Shown here: piece after piece, positions 1 to 13,581 of the stretch
How positions within the stretch are numbered: position 1 is the first letter of the stretch
Layout of the letters: each line of letters starts with the position of its first letter
Assembly: GCA_001662655.1 (NCBI GenBank)
Contig: KV460215.1
Length of the DNA stretch: 64,000 nt
Reading direction: 5' to 3' (one strand)
DNA from: Pseudogymnoascus verrucosus
Taxonomy: Eukaryota
Position numbers and translations under genes: made by a program
Notes under the pieces: model-generated
Seen by the model: the letters and a program-made list of their open reading frames with translations, nothing else
The model's database searches: none
What the model was told of the DNA's origin: nothing

Positions 1-269
1 CAGCTTGTAGGTGCTAGACTTGTTACATTTCACGATAAAACTGAAACATATAAAATAGATGCTTCTAAGGGCTTTAATATGAGTCGAATGGCTATAATTC
101 TAGTCGCAAAAAAGTTGTTGTTTTGTTGATGGCTGATGGATCAATTATTATGGGGGTCAAATGAGACATTTTTGAAAACCATCCAAGTGTCCACCGGAGC
201 CATAATGGCGATTACATTAAAATTTGCACTATCTATATATTTCGTTCCTCCACACTCTACCACCCGCCA

Positions 270-3200
270 CTAATATGGGATTCCGTTCGTCATCAGCTGG
301 AACTGATCGTACACGCCCGTACTATAACTATTATGACTCCTCCGCACCAGCCCCCGCACGAATACCGCGGCATCGCGCTCGCTTTTCTCCAGCACGAACC
401 GCTCGCGGAAGTGCTTAATGCTCTCCGGCTTGAAGCACGGCAGCCCGCTATCGAGCATTAGTCGCACGATGCGGCATAGAGCGTCTACGTGACGCCGCGC
501 GGCTAAGAAGGCCTTGACGCACAACTCCTCGAACCAGCGATAACTCTGCGTGCTTGACGAGCCGCCCATAACGGCCACCATCTCGGCCGTGAGCTTGAAC
601 GGTGCACGCTCGAAGCGCACGCCGCCGGGCGCGATGTCGAAGCAGAACCCGAAGTCGATGTGGATGAGATGGCCGGCGTCGTCGAGCATGATGTTGCCGT
701 TGTGCCGGTCCTTGAACTGCAGCAGGAAGGCAATGATGCTGTACGCGGCGAGGGACTTGACGAAGTTGCTGCGCGCGGCCTGGAAGCGTACGCTGTCCGG
801 TGTGCCGTACTTGCTGACGAAGTAGTCGTAGAGGCCGTTGACGGCTTCGCGCCCGAGCATATCGCGGGACACCGAGTTGGGGAGCACCTCGATGATACCG
901 CATCCGGGAGCGGTGGCAGTGACGCGGTAGGGAAAGACGTATACATCGAGTCCGACATTGCTGAAGATGCCGCGGAAGGCAGCGATCATTTGCAGCGCGA
1001 GCACGTCTTGCCGGCAGTCGTCGCCAACCTTGAAGATCACGGACTGCCACACCTCGATGCTGTTCTCGGGAACGCGCTTGCGCGGATCGGCTGCCTCAAG
1101 CATATCTTCCGTCTCCTCCATCTCAGCGGCGACGTCTTTTTTGACGCGGAAGGTAGCCATGTACGGTGCCTTTGCGTGACTCTGTAGCGGCTTGCCAGAC
1201 TTTCGGTCGATGCCGATAACAACGCCGTCGGGGTTAATGGGGAGGTAGACGCCGACGTCGACCTTAATTTTACGTAGCTCTTCTTCGATCTTCTGCTTCT
1301 TCTCGGGCTTCGGCCTCTTAATGTACGGCTTCAGCTTACCTGAGATGCTCGTTACCTCGTCGAAGAATGTGAATTCGCGCTCGTAGAAATCTCTATCTGC
1401 TACAGTGAAGCAGCTTATCATACGGGCCATCACATGGTCGAGTGTTGGTTTGATGCCATCAGGCTTGGGAAAATTAGCGTTTGTATCCTCTTTTGATGGA
1501 AGTCAACTTACAATTTGTGAGTCCTCATCCTTGTAACTGTTCGCCTTCATGTTCCATATAATCTGATGGGCAAACAATTGCGAGAACTGTGCAGTCTCCA
1601 CAATGTATCTTTCCACGTAACCCAGCGTATCATAGCGCAGTGATTGCACAATCTGAGGCACATAGAAGAATGCCACCTCAACGCTATGGCTTTCTAGGGC
1701 ACGCATAGCATATTGAATGATGAATGGGTTGTCGCTAAACGAAGGCAAAAAGTACGTGACTGCTGTGATAGGATTTACTGGGGTCCAAAACAATAGATAC
1801 TATAAACTGTTAGTAATTCTCTAGGCAATTAGAAGAAAGTACGCACCTTAAGCTGCCACTTCAAATCGCTCTGAAACTCGCGACCCATAAGAATATTCAA
1901 GCCCTCGGGGTCATTAATCCCTCTTAGCGGATCGGCGAGCAACAGATTACGCACATCTGCCTGCACTCTCGCAGAGTGAAACCTTGTGGCCAAGCTAATT
2001 GCCAGAGAAGGGCTGACAAACCAAGCCGTATTTACAAGATGTACAAGGGTAGCCTCTGAAGGTTCGGCGTGATGTGAAGCTTTCCCCTCAGCAAACGGAT
2101 CGAGCCAGACTCGAAGCCTGGATTGCTCGTTCTCTAGAAGGGCGAAAAGTAGCTCTTCCTTGTCCTGGAGACGCTTGAGAGTGGAGGAATTCTTGGCTCC
2201 TATGTGTCTCACGCTGTCAAGGCCGGCAGCAACATCGGACAGTAACTTGGCTTCTGCCTTAAGCTGCAAGCGGTTCCCGCCAAAAGTAAAGCAGGGCGCG
2301 AAGGAGAACCAGCTAAGTGCGGCAGATAACATCTGGTTCTTGAGGCGGTACTGACCGGCTGCAGTTAATACAGTGCCATGTCTCAGGACTTTCAGACTGA
2401 GCATGACGATGTTAAATCGCAGCTCTCTTGACAACGGGTGTCCTGTAGAATGCATCAACCCATTAAGAGTGGCTTGCAGCAGCCTAACAAATGTCTTTTG
2501 GGTGTGTGGGCTGCATAGACGGGTGGCGTTGAAGTGACTGGCGAGGAATTGGAGCAGGCGGGAATGGGGAGCCAGGAGATTCTGGGCATGCTGCTGCTTC
2601 TTGTGCAGTGTATCCCTATCACTAGGGGCGTATTCTTTCCTGATAAAGAATGGGTCAGGGTGCCTAAAAATGTCAGCGCGCTCTCATATTACATAGCAAC
2701 TCATTTTCTTACTTGAACTCATCATTGAAAACACCTTTCTTCATATGAATCGTATTCTCCCATTGTTGGGCGATTTCCATGATAATTCTCGACTCCATCC
2801 TTGGGTTTTCGTTGATCACTCCCTGCCATAACGATATACCAAGTTTAATTGATTGCTTACTGAAGTGAGCAAAAGGAATTCCAACAAGGTGCTTGACAAC
2901 AGCAGCTTCATCGCCCTTGGCGCGGCATAGGAATGCCGCCGCGCGTCTGAGCATATCCCGTAGCTCGGAGATTGGGATGAACTTCCCTTTCTGCATTCGT
3001 GCGTCCAAGAAGTTGAGCACCGTGAGAGCATCAGCGTGTTCCGTGCCGAGACCCTCTACCAAAATTGAGCTACGTCTGCTGGCGACCTTCATAAAGTTGG
3101 TCCACTCGGCATCATAGTCTGGAAGACCTTCAGCATATCTGTACTCTTGACGGGTAGTATATTGCGCAACGAAGTCAGAGATGGCATTTATTTTAGCGTC

Positions 3201-6200
3201 TCCATGGCGGTCGATAGCCCCAAGTCGTTGATCCGTAACTGGGATCATGCCTCCCATTTCGGCTGCAAATGATCTTCCAAGTGATATGTGCCCGTACGCT
3301 CCGTCATCATCGTACTCTGATAGGTACGTTTGCAAGAGACCCTTAATATCAAGCGGCGCGATGTTGACGACATTCATCATCCATACCTTGGCCTTCTTGT
3401 AGAGGGTGTTCAGCGTTTTACCTCTGAATTCGAAGTTATCTCCGAGTTGGATTGTGACCTTGCTGCGCGCGGAGGTGTAGGACGACTTCCACTCGTATTC
3501 GTCCGTTTCGGCCTCCAGACAGCTGACCCACATGAGTGAGAGTAGCTCAAGAAGCGCAAACAATGATGATCTTTGACAAAGCGCTGACGTGACGTTCGAC
3601 AATATTTTGTCAGCGCATGCAGTAGCTGCCTGTTGGACCCTCTCAATACGATGGCAACAGCCACAGAAGATTGAAACGAGTTGCTCGGCCACACACGGCG
3701 CTGAAAAGGCTGGGTTCACGCCTGACATGGCCTTCCGTAGGTAGGTGTCAACCACGGACATAGTGATAGCCTCCATGACACTGCTCATATTGCCTGTCCT
3801 CATGCCAGGCTCAAGGAAGTAGATCATGGCTTTTGTACAGTCGCCGGAATCGGCGCGCAGTGTCTCAACGAGGTAGGCTGTATGCAAGAATATGGTCTTG
3901 CGATAGCTGAGGCTGCGTATCTCGCCAGCCTTGGACGGGATTAACGAGGTTAGTCGTTTCTTCTGTATATTCTCATGTTCTGAGTTCATGCCTCTTCGGA
4001 GAACACTGTTGAGTTCGATATCGCTTTCCAGTTGCTCTCCCCTCTGCTCTGTGACCAAGGGTTTGGAGTTTACGGCCAGAAGACGGAGCTCGTCGAGATA
4101 TTGCCTCCCCCTCTCAGTGCAAGTAGTGAAGCCATGAACAACCATATTGAACCAAGCGTCTCGTACGAGTGCCCAAATATCATCGTCAGTAGTTTCATCT
4201 TTGCCTAGGTTGTTGGCTGACATCAACAATGCCAAAGGTTGAACCAGGGTCCCAATCTCTCTTGCTGCACTCTCAACGTCCGACTCGCGGGTGTGATGCA
4301 ATTGGTGCACATCGCCTCGGCTGATGATTGTTTCAAGGAGATACTCAAAATAAATATCGTAAGCCGGCGAACCCTTCTTCAGAGTTGAAGAGAGATAGTT
4401 CCTTGTCTTCAATAGGGCGGCCAACAAGCTCTCATTTTCGTCCAGCAGTGCCTCTTGGGTTAACCTGCTATAGAGTTTGAGGAGCGATTTCAACTCAACG
4501 GGAGCTCCCGTTGACGCCAGAACAGCTGCCTCGTAGATGATGGCCGCATCGACAGCAGTGTCAATTTTAGTGATTTTCTGGAGAAGCATACTTTGGGCAA
4601 GCGCCGTTATCTTGTCATCGGCGCAGCTCTCGGCTATGACACGAATGGCCTTGATGACATTTCCATATACGACAGCAACCTCCAGCTCGCCCGCAGCAGT
4701 CAAAGATATGGCACTACCCGTCTGCTTGACCCCATAAAAGGCGGGGCTGGCATGACCATTGGCTGTCTCGCCTCTGGTTTGATTTGCAACAACTCTTTCC
4801 GTGCTTGTGATGGGTGTCAGGACATTCCCAAGCGAATAGAGAGTTGTGATCACGGCATCCTCGGAGAGTAAACGCAGCACAAATGCCAAGCAGGTTGATG
4901 CCACGGCAACGGTCTCGCCTCGAGGAGAGCCTTGCACGATGAACCGTGGGAGGATTCTGCTCATGTTTGGCGCTAAACTGGGAGAAATCTGCGCGACCAA
5001 TGCCATGGAACGAAGCACAACATTCGCCAATGTCTCGTCGGCCATCTGGATTGGATCAGAAAGAGTTTCTTCCAGCCAGATCATAAGGCTCTCTGCATCA
5101 GCCACGTCGTCATTGAAGGTGACGCAGTTGAGATAGCAAGTCAAAGCGCCCGCCTTTACAGCGAAGGCAATTCGCTGTTGCCATGCAGATCCAATTCTGA
5201 GGTAGTCGGCACCATCCTCCAGCTTATTCATTTCCTCGGTAACGAATTCAGCCATGGTCTCGATGCTAGGTAATGACTCCTCTGCAGTGTGCGATGTAAG
5301 CGGGCGAGGCATCGTGTCGCCCATCATTAACTCAAGGATGCAGTTGTCTCTGAGCGTTTTCGTATCCGCGATAAGGAGAGATGATGTCGCGACCAGAAGC
5401 CACATAAAGCTTCGCTGTAGCAGCATAGCCCCAAGTGGACGACCGGTGGCAGCATAGTGTCGAACATGTCTCTTCCACTCCTTAATCTCGCGGTTTGTAG
5501 ATTGGTAGTTGCGGATCCTCGAGAATGCAGTCTCGACCGCCACCAGGAAGTCCTCGGAGAGGACTCTCTTAACAACTGTAATTAAGGCGAGCCTCTCACC
5601 GGCCGTCCAAAAGTTGGCTTGTATCGTGGCTGCATCAAGGAATCCCAGCAGAGCGATTGCTACTCTGGCAACATTGATCGCATCCTCAACATCCCCAATC
5701 TCCTCCTTTCCGACTGCAGATTCCTGTCTGGAAATGACTGCCTTCGCGGTATACTGGCATCTGTCGAGATACGCTGTGAAGTTCTTCGATATGGCGCTCT
5801 GTAGACCAGGGTGGTTTATGCCCAGTGACAAGAGGGCGCTGGTGAGGTTGAAATTCAGCGACTCGATGGGCGACGGCTCAATCTCCCTGAAAAAAGGGGA
5901 GGTGACGAAGACCTGGGTGTGCGCTTCGAGGGTATATGGCGCCAGCTGCGCAGCAAGTCTCTCGGCACTTTGATAATCCTGAAGAAGTGGCGCGGCCTTG
6001 CATAATGCGAGTAGGACTTCGAATTCCCTAATGTTCTGGGGAAGCAAGTCAGTAACGTCGCAATATGCGCTCAGCTTGAATCAACGTACCATAGCCACTC
6101 CCCCTAGGGGGATATTATTGTCCTCGTCCGCATGGCCGTTGACTGCAGCCTTCGAAGTCGAACGAGAAGGGAATATATTATAGAGTCGCTCCAAATCAGG

Positions 6201-6343
6201 GTTGCCTTGCGACTTGCCGGTCGACGTCACGGAAAGAGCTGCGATTTTCTGCAGCGCCTTGCGCCGAATACCTCTAGCCCGCCTATTCCCAATAATTAGC
6301 ATTAATTTGTTCAATATGGATTAATTGCCACTCACGTATCCAT
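270..6343 (-). CDS. STT4: Phosphatidylinositol 4-kinase type III alpha (multi-exon)
   Basis: C-terminal exon has PI3/PI4-kinase motifs FKVGDDCRQD, KDRHNGN, HIDFGF and ends MTNGIPY. ORFs 2709-6047, 1829-2458 and 1503-1793 are joined by GT-AG introns. First coding exon is ATGGATAC (6343-6336) followed by GTGAG. Confidence 0.95.
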
Positions 6344-6656
6344 TGCCAGAATATTACCCTCCAAGGTTGGCGGTTCAAGCTAACGTGTTGTGGTTCGCGA
6401 TAAAGGGTCCCCGAATTATAATTTGGACCTGCTCCACGCGGCTTTCAAGGTCACCGTAGGAGCTTCTGGTACCCCTGCCGCGATTACAACAACAGGCAGC
6501 TTTGGCAACGCAACCTAACCTCATCATATCATCAACAGCTCCATCAGAACCACCACACAACAGCTTCACGTCCCATTACATCCACAATCCGATCCTCCTC
6601 ACCGATCAACCCGAATAAACTCACCTGACAACTCAGACGCACCTCGCTCGCCCAAG

Positions 6657-7508
6657 ATGGCAGCCATGTTCAGCCAGAACCCTGTGATGAACGGGCCCAA
6701 CTACTCCTTCAACCAGTCCGCAGCCCCATCCTCCGCCGCAGATGGCTACAGGCAACACCGCTTCGACCCGTACGTCCTCTTCTTCCTCGGTCACAGCTTG
6801 AACTAACACCCCTCCCACAGATACACCGACAACGGTGGTTCCACCCTCGCCATTGCAGGCGACAACTTCGCCATACTCGCTGGCGACACCCGCTCCACGT
6901 CCGGCTACAACATCAACACCCGCTACGAGCCCAAAGTCTTCAAGATCGGCGGTAGCGACTCGACACAACGCGACGCAACCCTGATTCTCTCCGTGGTCGG
7001 CTTCGCAGCCGACGCCAACGCGCTCAAGGAGCGCCTCGATACCGTGGTCAAGCTGTACCGCTACCAGCACGGCAAGGCTATGACGGTCAAGGCTGCGGCG
7101 CAGAGGCTGTCGATCATCCTGTACCAGAAGCGCTTCTTCCCGTACTACGCGCACGCGATCCTGGGCGGCTTGGATGAGGAGGGCAAGGGCGCCGTGTACA
7201 GTTACGATCCCGTGGGCAGCTACGAGAGGGAGCAGTGTCGTGCGGGTGGTGCGGCGGCGAGCTTGATCATGCCGTTCTTGGACAGTCAGGTGAACTTCAA
7301 GAACCAGTATGAGCCGGGGAGTGGGGTTGGGCATAACTTGAAGGAGAGGGAGAGGGTGCTGTTGGGGAGAGATGTCGTGGAGGATTTAGTGAAGGATGCG
7401 TTTGATAGCGCGGTGGAGAGGCATATTGAGGTTGGTGATGGGCTGTTGATGATGGTTATTACGAAGGATGGGATTGAGGAGATTTACAAGCCGCTCAAGC
7501 AGGATTAG
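6657..7508 (+). CDS. PRE7: 20S proteasome subunit beta-6
   Basis: RFDP/YTDNGGSTLAIAG...AGDTR, LYQKRFFPYY, YSYDPVGSY, ERHIEVGDGL; intron 6770-6820. Confidence 0.95.
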
Positions 7509-9299
7509 GCGGGATGGAAGGGGATTGGCGTTTTCTAGACCTGGCACGAGTATGGGGTAGAGCAGCGTGTATACTAGGACTTCATAACGGTGTTATATTG
7601 TTTGACCAGAAACTGATTGATTGGAGACTGAGTTGACCTCAGCCTGAAACTGCTTTGCTGACTGGGTTTACGTGTACGCATCTGCATGGCGCCAATAAGT
7701 GGAGGGCGAGACTGCTTCATTCCTGGGTGGGCGGGCAGATCGAAACCTATTCAACCATCATCCGCAACCCCAAGGAAACGCAACTTGAGGGGGGGCGACG
7801 AGGGTTCTCCAGAATACCAGGACGTTGGTCAGGAGATTAATGCGCTTATGGAGAGATACCTCGAACACCTCCGCATTACGGGAGGCGATTTAGAATGCCC
7901 GGATACTGACCCTGAAGCAGAAATTCCGGCTGGTCTCATCCATTATGGCCGTGAGACGGCTTACCCCTAGGCAGAGAAGCACACTGTCACCGCCTCCTTG
8001 CTGTCATTACTCCTTTGCCAGCACCGTTCAGTTGCTGTCGCTATCATAGTCGCTGCAAGCCAACGTCCTCGGAGGGGATCGCCTAGAGAATAAGTGCTCT
8101 GCCAAAGCGGACCTGTCTCGCCATCATGGGCGCCAAAGTCGTCTGGGACTGGCCCAGGATAATGGAAATACCTGTATCGGTGCAAGTTTGCTTCGAAACA
8201 TCTATCTAGGTCCCGAATGATGTTATTTAAACTATTTCCAATTCAGGCCAAACCGATGATTGTAATTACAGGACTTGCTGTACACTTGCAGCTTGAGAAA
8301 ATATAACATTGCAGAGCATCATAGAAGGGAACCCTCTCTCCTCCCCCCAATGATGCCTTACAATAAACGACACAACGAGGTCAGAAATATCATGTATATA
8401 TCCGGTCGAAAATTCCAGATTATCGCAGCATATACAGGAAAACATAGAGCCACAGAATTCACCCCTTTGCTTGGGAATAGCTCGCACTTGACCAGGGGGT
8501 GGGTTTCGGACCGCAACGTGGGGTGTAGAAATATCCCTCTGCCGCTCTGTTGTCGTCACAACACTGCTGCTGCTGTTGTCATTACTCTGTCACCGTCACC
8601 GATCTGTTGTCTTCGCCGAGTGCCAATGTCCTCTGAGAACTGCCGGCGAGTAAGTAGCTGCGCCATAACAGAATCACACCGCGACCACGCGTGTCAAAGC
8701 CGTCTGGCAATTCTTCCCAGTAAGTGAAACTACCTGAATGGATGGTCGGTGATGGGTGAGCTTGGAAAGAAAGGTCTACTGGTTATTAATACTATTTCCA
8801 ACTCGGGGTCAATCAATCGATCTTCAGAGCGTCTTTACTTCCTAGAAATTTTCCCGCCTTGCGAGTTGGGTTTGCCTTCGTCATCATGGTTCAAAAGTAA
8901 TTACTGGACCTGAGTGTGATCTTGAAAACGAATTTATACAAAGCAATAGCTATAATTACTGAAACTAAAAAGCCATCATATGCTTTCCCTTCCACTTTCC
9001 CACCGCAATAAAACATTATATACCACCCACCCTCGCAGTGGCTTTCAAGCAAGACGTGCTTCCCTCCCCGAGATAAAAAGAAAACGCATAAATGGCCGCA
9101 AGGCCGTGTATATCACCCCCCACCAGGGTGTCCGGGTATTAAAAAACAAGATTTTCCGCGCAGTCCTTACGCATCTAGCTCAAGCCATGCCAAACAAACG
9201 AAACCCAACCGCAATTAAAAGAGAGTAGCCCATATACAAAGCCGTCACGCTCAACCCGCCCGCGCGTCCGACTTACCCACCCTCACCATCAATCTCGCC

Positions 9300-11192
9300 T
9301 CACTTCTTCGCCGCCCCCTCCCCCGCCTCAACCGTATCATCCACTCTATCCTCCTCCTCCTCCCTCTCCTCCCTCTTCGCCCTCCCCCCATGTCTCAGCC
9401 CCCTAATCGCGGCCTCGGGGTCCTCAATCGCCTCAAACATCCTATCCTTCTTACTCTTCTTCCCCTGCGCGCGCTCATCCATGCTCTCCTCATCACTGGA
9501 GCTCCACCCCCCATCGCTATCGCCCTGGTACACCTGTACCTGCTCTCCCTGCCTCTTCTTCGTCTCGCGCTGCTCCTTCTTCATGCGCTGCAGCTTGTCG
9601 TCCGTGCAGGGCTTCGTGACGATCTTGAGGCCCGGGAGATTGGCTTCGAGGAAGGATTGGAGTTTGGGAAGGAGCGAGCCGTCGGGGCGGTAGGTGCCGC
9701 TGTCGTTGTCGATTACGAGTTCGTAGTTCGCTGGGTCCTTGGGCGGGGGTGAGTGGGGCGGTCCGCCTTCGATGTCATCGGTAGGGTGGGTCTGCTGATT
9801 CGGGTCTTCGGGGCTGCTATTCTTGTCCTTGAGTCTGCGGATGAAGAATTCGCCCGAGCACGCGATGTAGAGGTTGACGTCGCTGTGCATGGTGTGTTTG
9901 CTGAGCATGTCGATGCCGAATTCCTTGCCCGTCTCGGTGAAGCGGAGGAGGCCGTCGAGGGTGAGGACGTAGGTGAAGAGGCGGCCGCCTTCGTCGAAGT
10001 GCGCGAGTTTCAGGAACTGCAGTGCGGCTTCTTGGGATTTGGGCTCCATGGTGCCGTGGGTGGTGGTGTTGGAGTAGTTGTAGACGCGCGCGTGTTGGTG
10101 GTGGAGGGCGGCGTTGAGAACGTGGCCGCGGAGGCCGGTCTTGTCGAACATGCCTTTGACGAAGGGTTTGAATTCGACGAAGCGGTGGTAGAGTTCGTCG
10201 GGGACGGGGCCTTGCAGTTGGATTTGGTTGGCTTGGAAACTGGCGGGTGTTAGTTTTGGGATGGTGATTGAAGTTGACCGGACTTACTCGTATCTCTCAA
10301 CCTTGGCCTTCTCGCCTTCATGTCCCTCGACCTTTGGCGCCTTGGTGCCAGCAAGACGGCCAATCATGGGACTGTAGTGCTTCGTCCATCTCGTAGGTCC
10401 CACGGTATACATCTTCCCATGCGGCTTATCGCTCTTTCCCAGCACCTCCATGCTCAGGAACAGCTGGCCCGAGAGATCCCCATCGCTGCCACACATCGTC
10501 GTGATGCCCTTCAAGAGATATGCGCGCCAGCTGCCCATCCGCTTCTTGACCGGGAAGCCAGCCTCGCGCATTCCCTCCCAATTCTCACTGATGTGCGGCA
10601 CCACCACCGTCACGTTGCCGAGTCGGTCGTCCGAGTCATTGGCATCCTCGTCGTAGAGGCGGCACTTGAGTTTGAAGCCACTGCTCGGAATGCCAGCCAC
10701 GATCCACTCCTGGTTCCAAACCGGATTAGTATCCTTCTGAATTGTCCTTGTCCGCAACCTCATCTCAGGGTCCTCCTTGTGTCTCGGCTTAATCCCATGG
10801 CTCGTCAACGTCGCTATCACGAACGGGTCCGAAGACGCTGTGCCCAGGTCGCCAATGGGCAGGTTCTCGGCGCGGATGAATGTGAACTTGACGGTATATC
10901 CATCTGGGGCTGACGGAACGGGCGTCGAGTCGTACCCGCCCGGGGGGTTGGCCATCTCGTAGGCCTTCTTTTTCTTCTCCTCGACCTTGTCCTTCACTTT
11001 GCCCTTCTTCGAGCGCTTCTCTATGGCTTCGGATTCCTGATCTGGGTGGTGGGAACCACCTTCTTGGGCTTCTGGCTCTTGTTCGGACCTTTCGTTCTGG
11101 GAATTGGGTTCTTCTTGTTGTTGCTGGGTGTCGTTGGAGGCTGGTCCATCATTGGAGACGGGCTCCTCTGGTTTCCGTGTGGCGTCGACCAT
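9300..11192 (-). CDS. C2-domain-containing protein (fungal)
   Basis: C2 motifs RAENLPIGDLGTASSDPFV, TNPVWNQEW, LYDED...DDRLG; intron about 10240-10287 joins the two ORFs. Confidence 0.85.
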
Positions 11193-12032
11193 TTTGTCGG
11201 TTTAGGAAGAGATATGAGAGTCTTTTGCAGGATTCAGAATGACTTCAGTCGGAGGAAGTATATATGGTCGTCGACAGAGGATTAACAAGTGTGAACTGCG
11301 CCGTCGAGTGGCAATGTGATGTGCGGCTGAAGTTGAATTGAGGCGTTGCGTCCCGCGTCCTGTTTACTGGTCTACCAATAACTTCCAACTGTGGCTTGCT
11401 TACGCTTTGAGGATCCTAAGCGCACAATTCCTTGGACAGTAACTCAGCTGACAGGAGAAGTGGAAATATAGAGAGGCCGGGTATATTTGGGAATTGAAAA
11501 GAGCACGAGCGAGGAGGAGGAAAGCTGAAAATAGAATCGGCGGCGTGGTAGATTCCCCACAATATTGACACCTAGTAAGGCCCTTTCTTGGCAAGGCTGT
11601 CAATTATGGATTCCTGGTTCGGGGCTGAATAGTCTAGGATCTGCAGAAAGCGAACTCTGGTACTCGGTCTCTCGAAGTTCAATGGGGAGTTATCGGGATG
11701 AGTAGAGAAGTGGCGTGGTGAAATGATTCCTAAAGATCAATCCGTATATATAAATCTCTCTCCCATCAGCGTGTTAATTGGCAAAATATAACAACGCCAA
11801 CTATTGTGAAGTGCTCTCCTAGAGGGGCCAACAGGGCCAAGATGGAGAATGGCCCCTGTGCTACTAGTAGATGCCGCCCTTGCCGGATTATTTTTTGGTC
11901 TCTTTTGTCTTGGCTAGACGGAGCCAGTTCCTACGGTGGTGGTACGTACCTTTTATACGCTCTGGCCATATTTTAGTAGGGCAAAAATGATATGTTCCCA
12001 CTAAAAATTAATGAGAAACGCAAAAAAATGAA

Positions 12033-12119
12033 CTCCCTCGGGTGGGCTCGAACCACCAACCTCTCGATAACAGAATCTTGCTAACAGTCGAACGCGCTAG
12101 CCAATTGCGCCACGAGGGA
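12033..12119 (-). tRNA. tRNA-Asn(GTT) with ~13-nt intron
   Basis: Minus strand: TCCCTCG acceptor stem pairs with CGAGGGA+G; D arm TGGCGCAATTGGCTAGCGCG; anticodon arm TTCGA-CT-GTT-A / intron GCAAGATTCTGTT / ATCGAG; T loop GGTTCGAGCCC; T7 Pol III terminator at 12022-12028. Confidence 0.95.
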
Positions 12120-12498
12120 CTTTCCTGTATGAGTGAGCTTTTGTAAATCAAGACTATATACCAGTGTCATTTCAGTTCAGACGTCCGCCTGCGAAAACTA
12201 CGACATGGTGATGGCTAACTAGAACATATACTTGTTCTCCACAGAGCCAGAGCAGTCACGTGGTTGCACGTGGTTGCCCATGAAAACCACGTGACTGATT
12301 TCAATTGCTCCCATCCCTGTACCCGATATCGAGTGTAAAACGCTTAACTAGTTAGACTTAACATCGTAATCCCCGGACCCACAAAGCCAAAGCCAATGAC
12401 TATTCCACCGAAGGACGAGTGTTCTTTCAGTCCACCCAGCGCTCTCTAAGAACCGCTTCTGGCAACCTTCCTCTTAAGCACGATCTCTGGTGGAGCTT

Positions 12499-13309
12499 TT
12501 ACACATGATGCTCTCTTGTTATATCTCGTTTACTGCATCCTCTCCTGATTCCACTTGTGACGAACCTCGACTGGTGCATCTTAAACTCGTCGTACAAGAC
12601 GAGACTAAGCCAGATAGACACAAAAAAACCCAGGAGGACGTAGTTTCTAATATACGACCCAGTGGATACTATTACATTAGTCTGGGCCAGCTGAAAACCT
12701 AGACCGCTGTTGATCATGCCTAGGATAATTGCACCACGTCCTATCCATCGGTGCAGGTAGGCGAAGATGCTCTTGTCCCCTCTCTTCTTAAAATGTCGGT
12801 GCTGAAGGATACCCATGATGGGTTGGAAGACGATAATGGTGCAAACGACGATGAAGCCAATGACCACATGGGCATGCACAGGGTGCCTAAGGTAGCCGAG
12901 ATCTTGACCGATTCTAATCCCAAGGGCCATTCCGCCGACCATCATAACGGAGCCTAGCACCTGGATAGGGACGTGGATCGCCATGACCTTCTTCTTAAGG
13001 TATGTATTCTTTAAGTAAGGAACACGATCAATGGGCAGGTGGATGGAGATTGCGCCCAGGGGAAAAAGTACAATGAAAACAATCGACATAATGCAGGCAT
13101 GCGCGTTTCGTTTCCGGTTAAAGATTTCGAAGGAATCGAGATTCCGCTTCTGGTGGACGTCTCTTGCATTGCGCTGGTCATGAACCTCCTGGCCAAAAAC
13201 AATCTCCGATGCTTGATTGCAGGTTAGACAGTTGCTCCCATCTTCTTCTTGTCGACTTACTAAATGCTAATATAAGCGCCGCCAGTGCGAGTCTGTGGAT
13301 CCTCATCAT
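12499..13309 (-). CDS. Cytochrome b561-family membrane protein with N-terminal signal peptide (no DOMON domain seen)
   Basis: Spliced model MMRIHRLALAALILAF/TSEIVFGQ...NAHACIMSIVFIVLFPLG...AIHVPIQ...HAHVVIG...YLHRWIGR gives the four-His b561 pattern and about 5 hydrophobic helices. One intron at about 13212-13260. Confidence 0.8.
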
Positions 13310-13419
13310 GATTAGACTTGTTAATTCAATCCTAAGGTTCTCAAAATCCGAAGAAGAAAGTATGCGAGAGAAATATTGCCGGGCATCAGAGCAAAGATGG
13401 TGACCTCTTGGGTTCGCAT

Positions 13420-13581
13420 CGATGCTGTTTTATCAGCTTTCGTTTGACACGCCGTAGAACAGCTCGGGTACGCTCATATCCGAGCTTCGAAGGCCGCGTA
13501 CGATGCTGTTTTATCAACTTTCGTTTGACACGCCGTAGAACAGCTCGGATACGATCGTATCCGAGCTTCGAAGGCCGCGTA
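13420..13581. repeat. 81-bp direct tandem repeat (2 copies) containing a palindrome
   Basis: CGATGCTGTTTTATCA...GAAGGCCGCGTA at 13420 and 13501; copy 2 holds the perfect palindrome AGCTCGGATACGATCGTATCCGAGCT (13542-13567). Confidence 0.95.
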
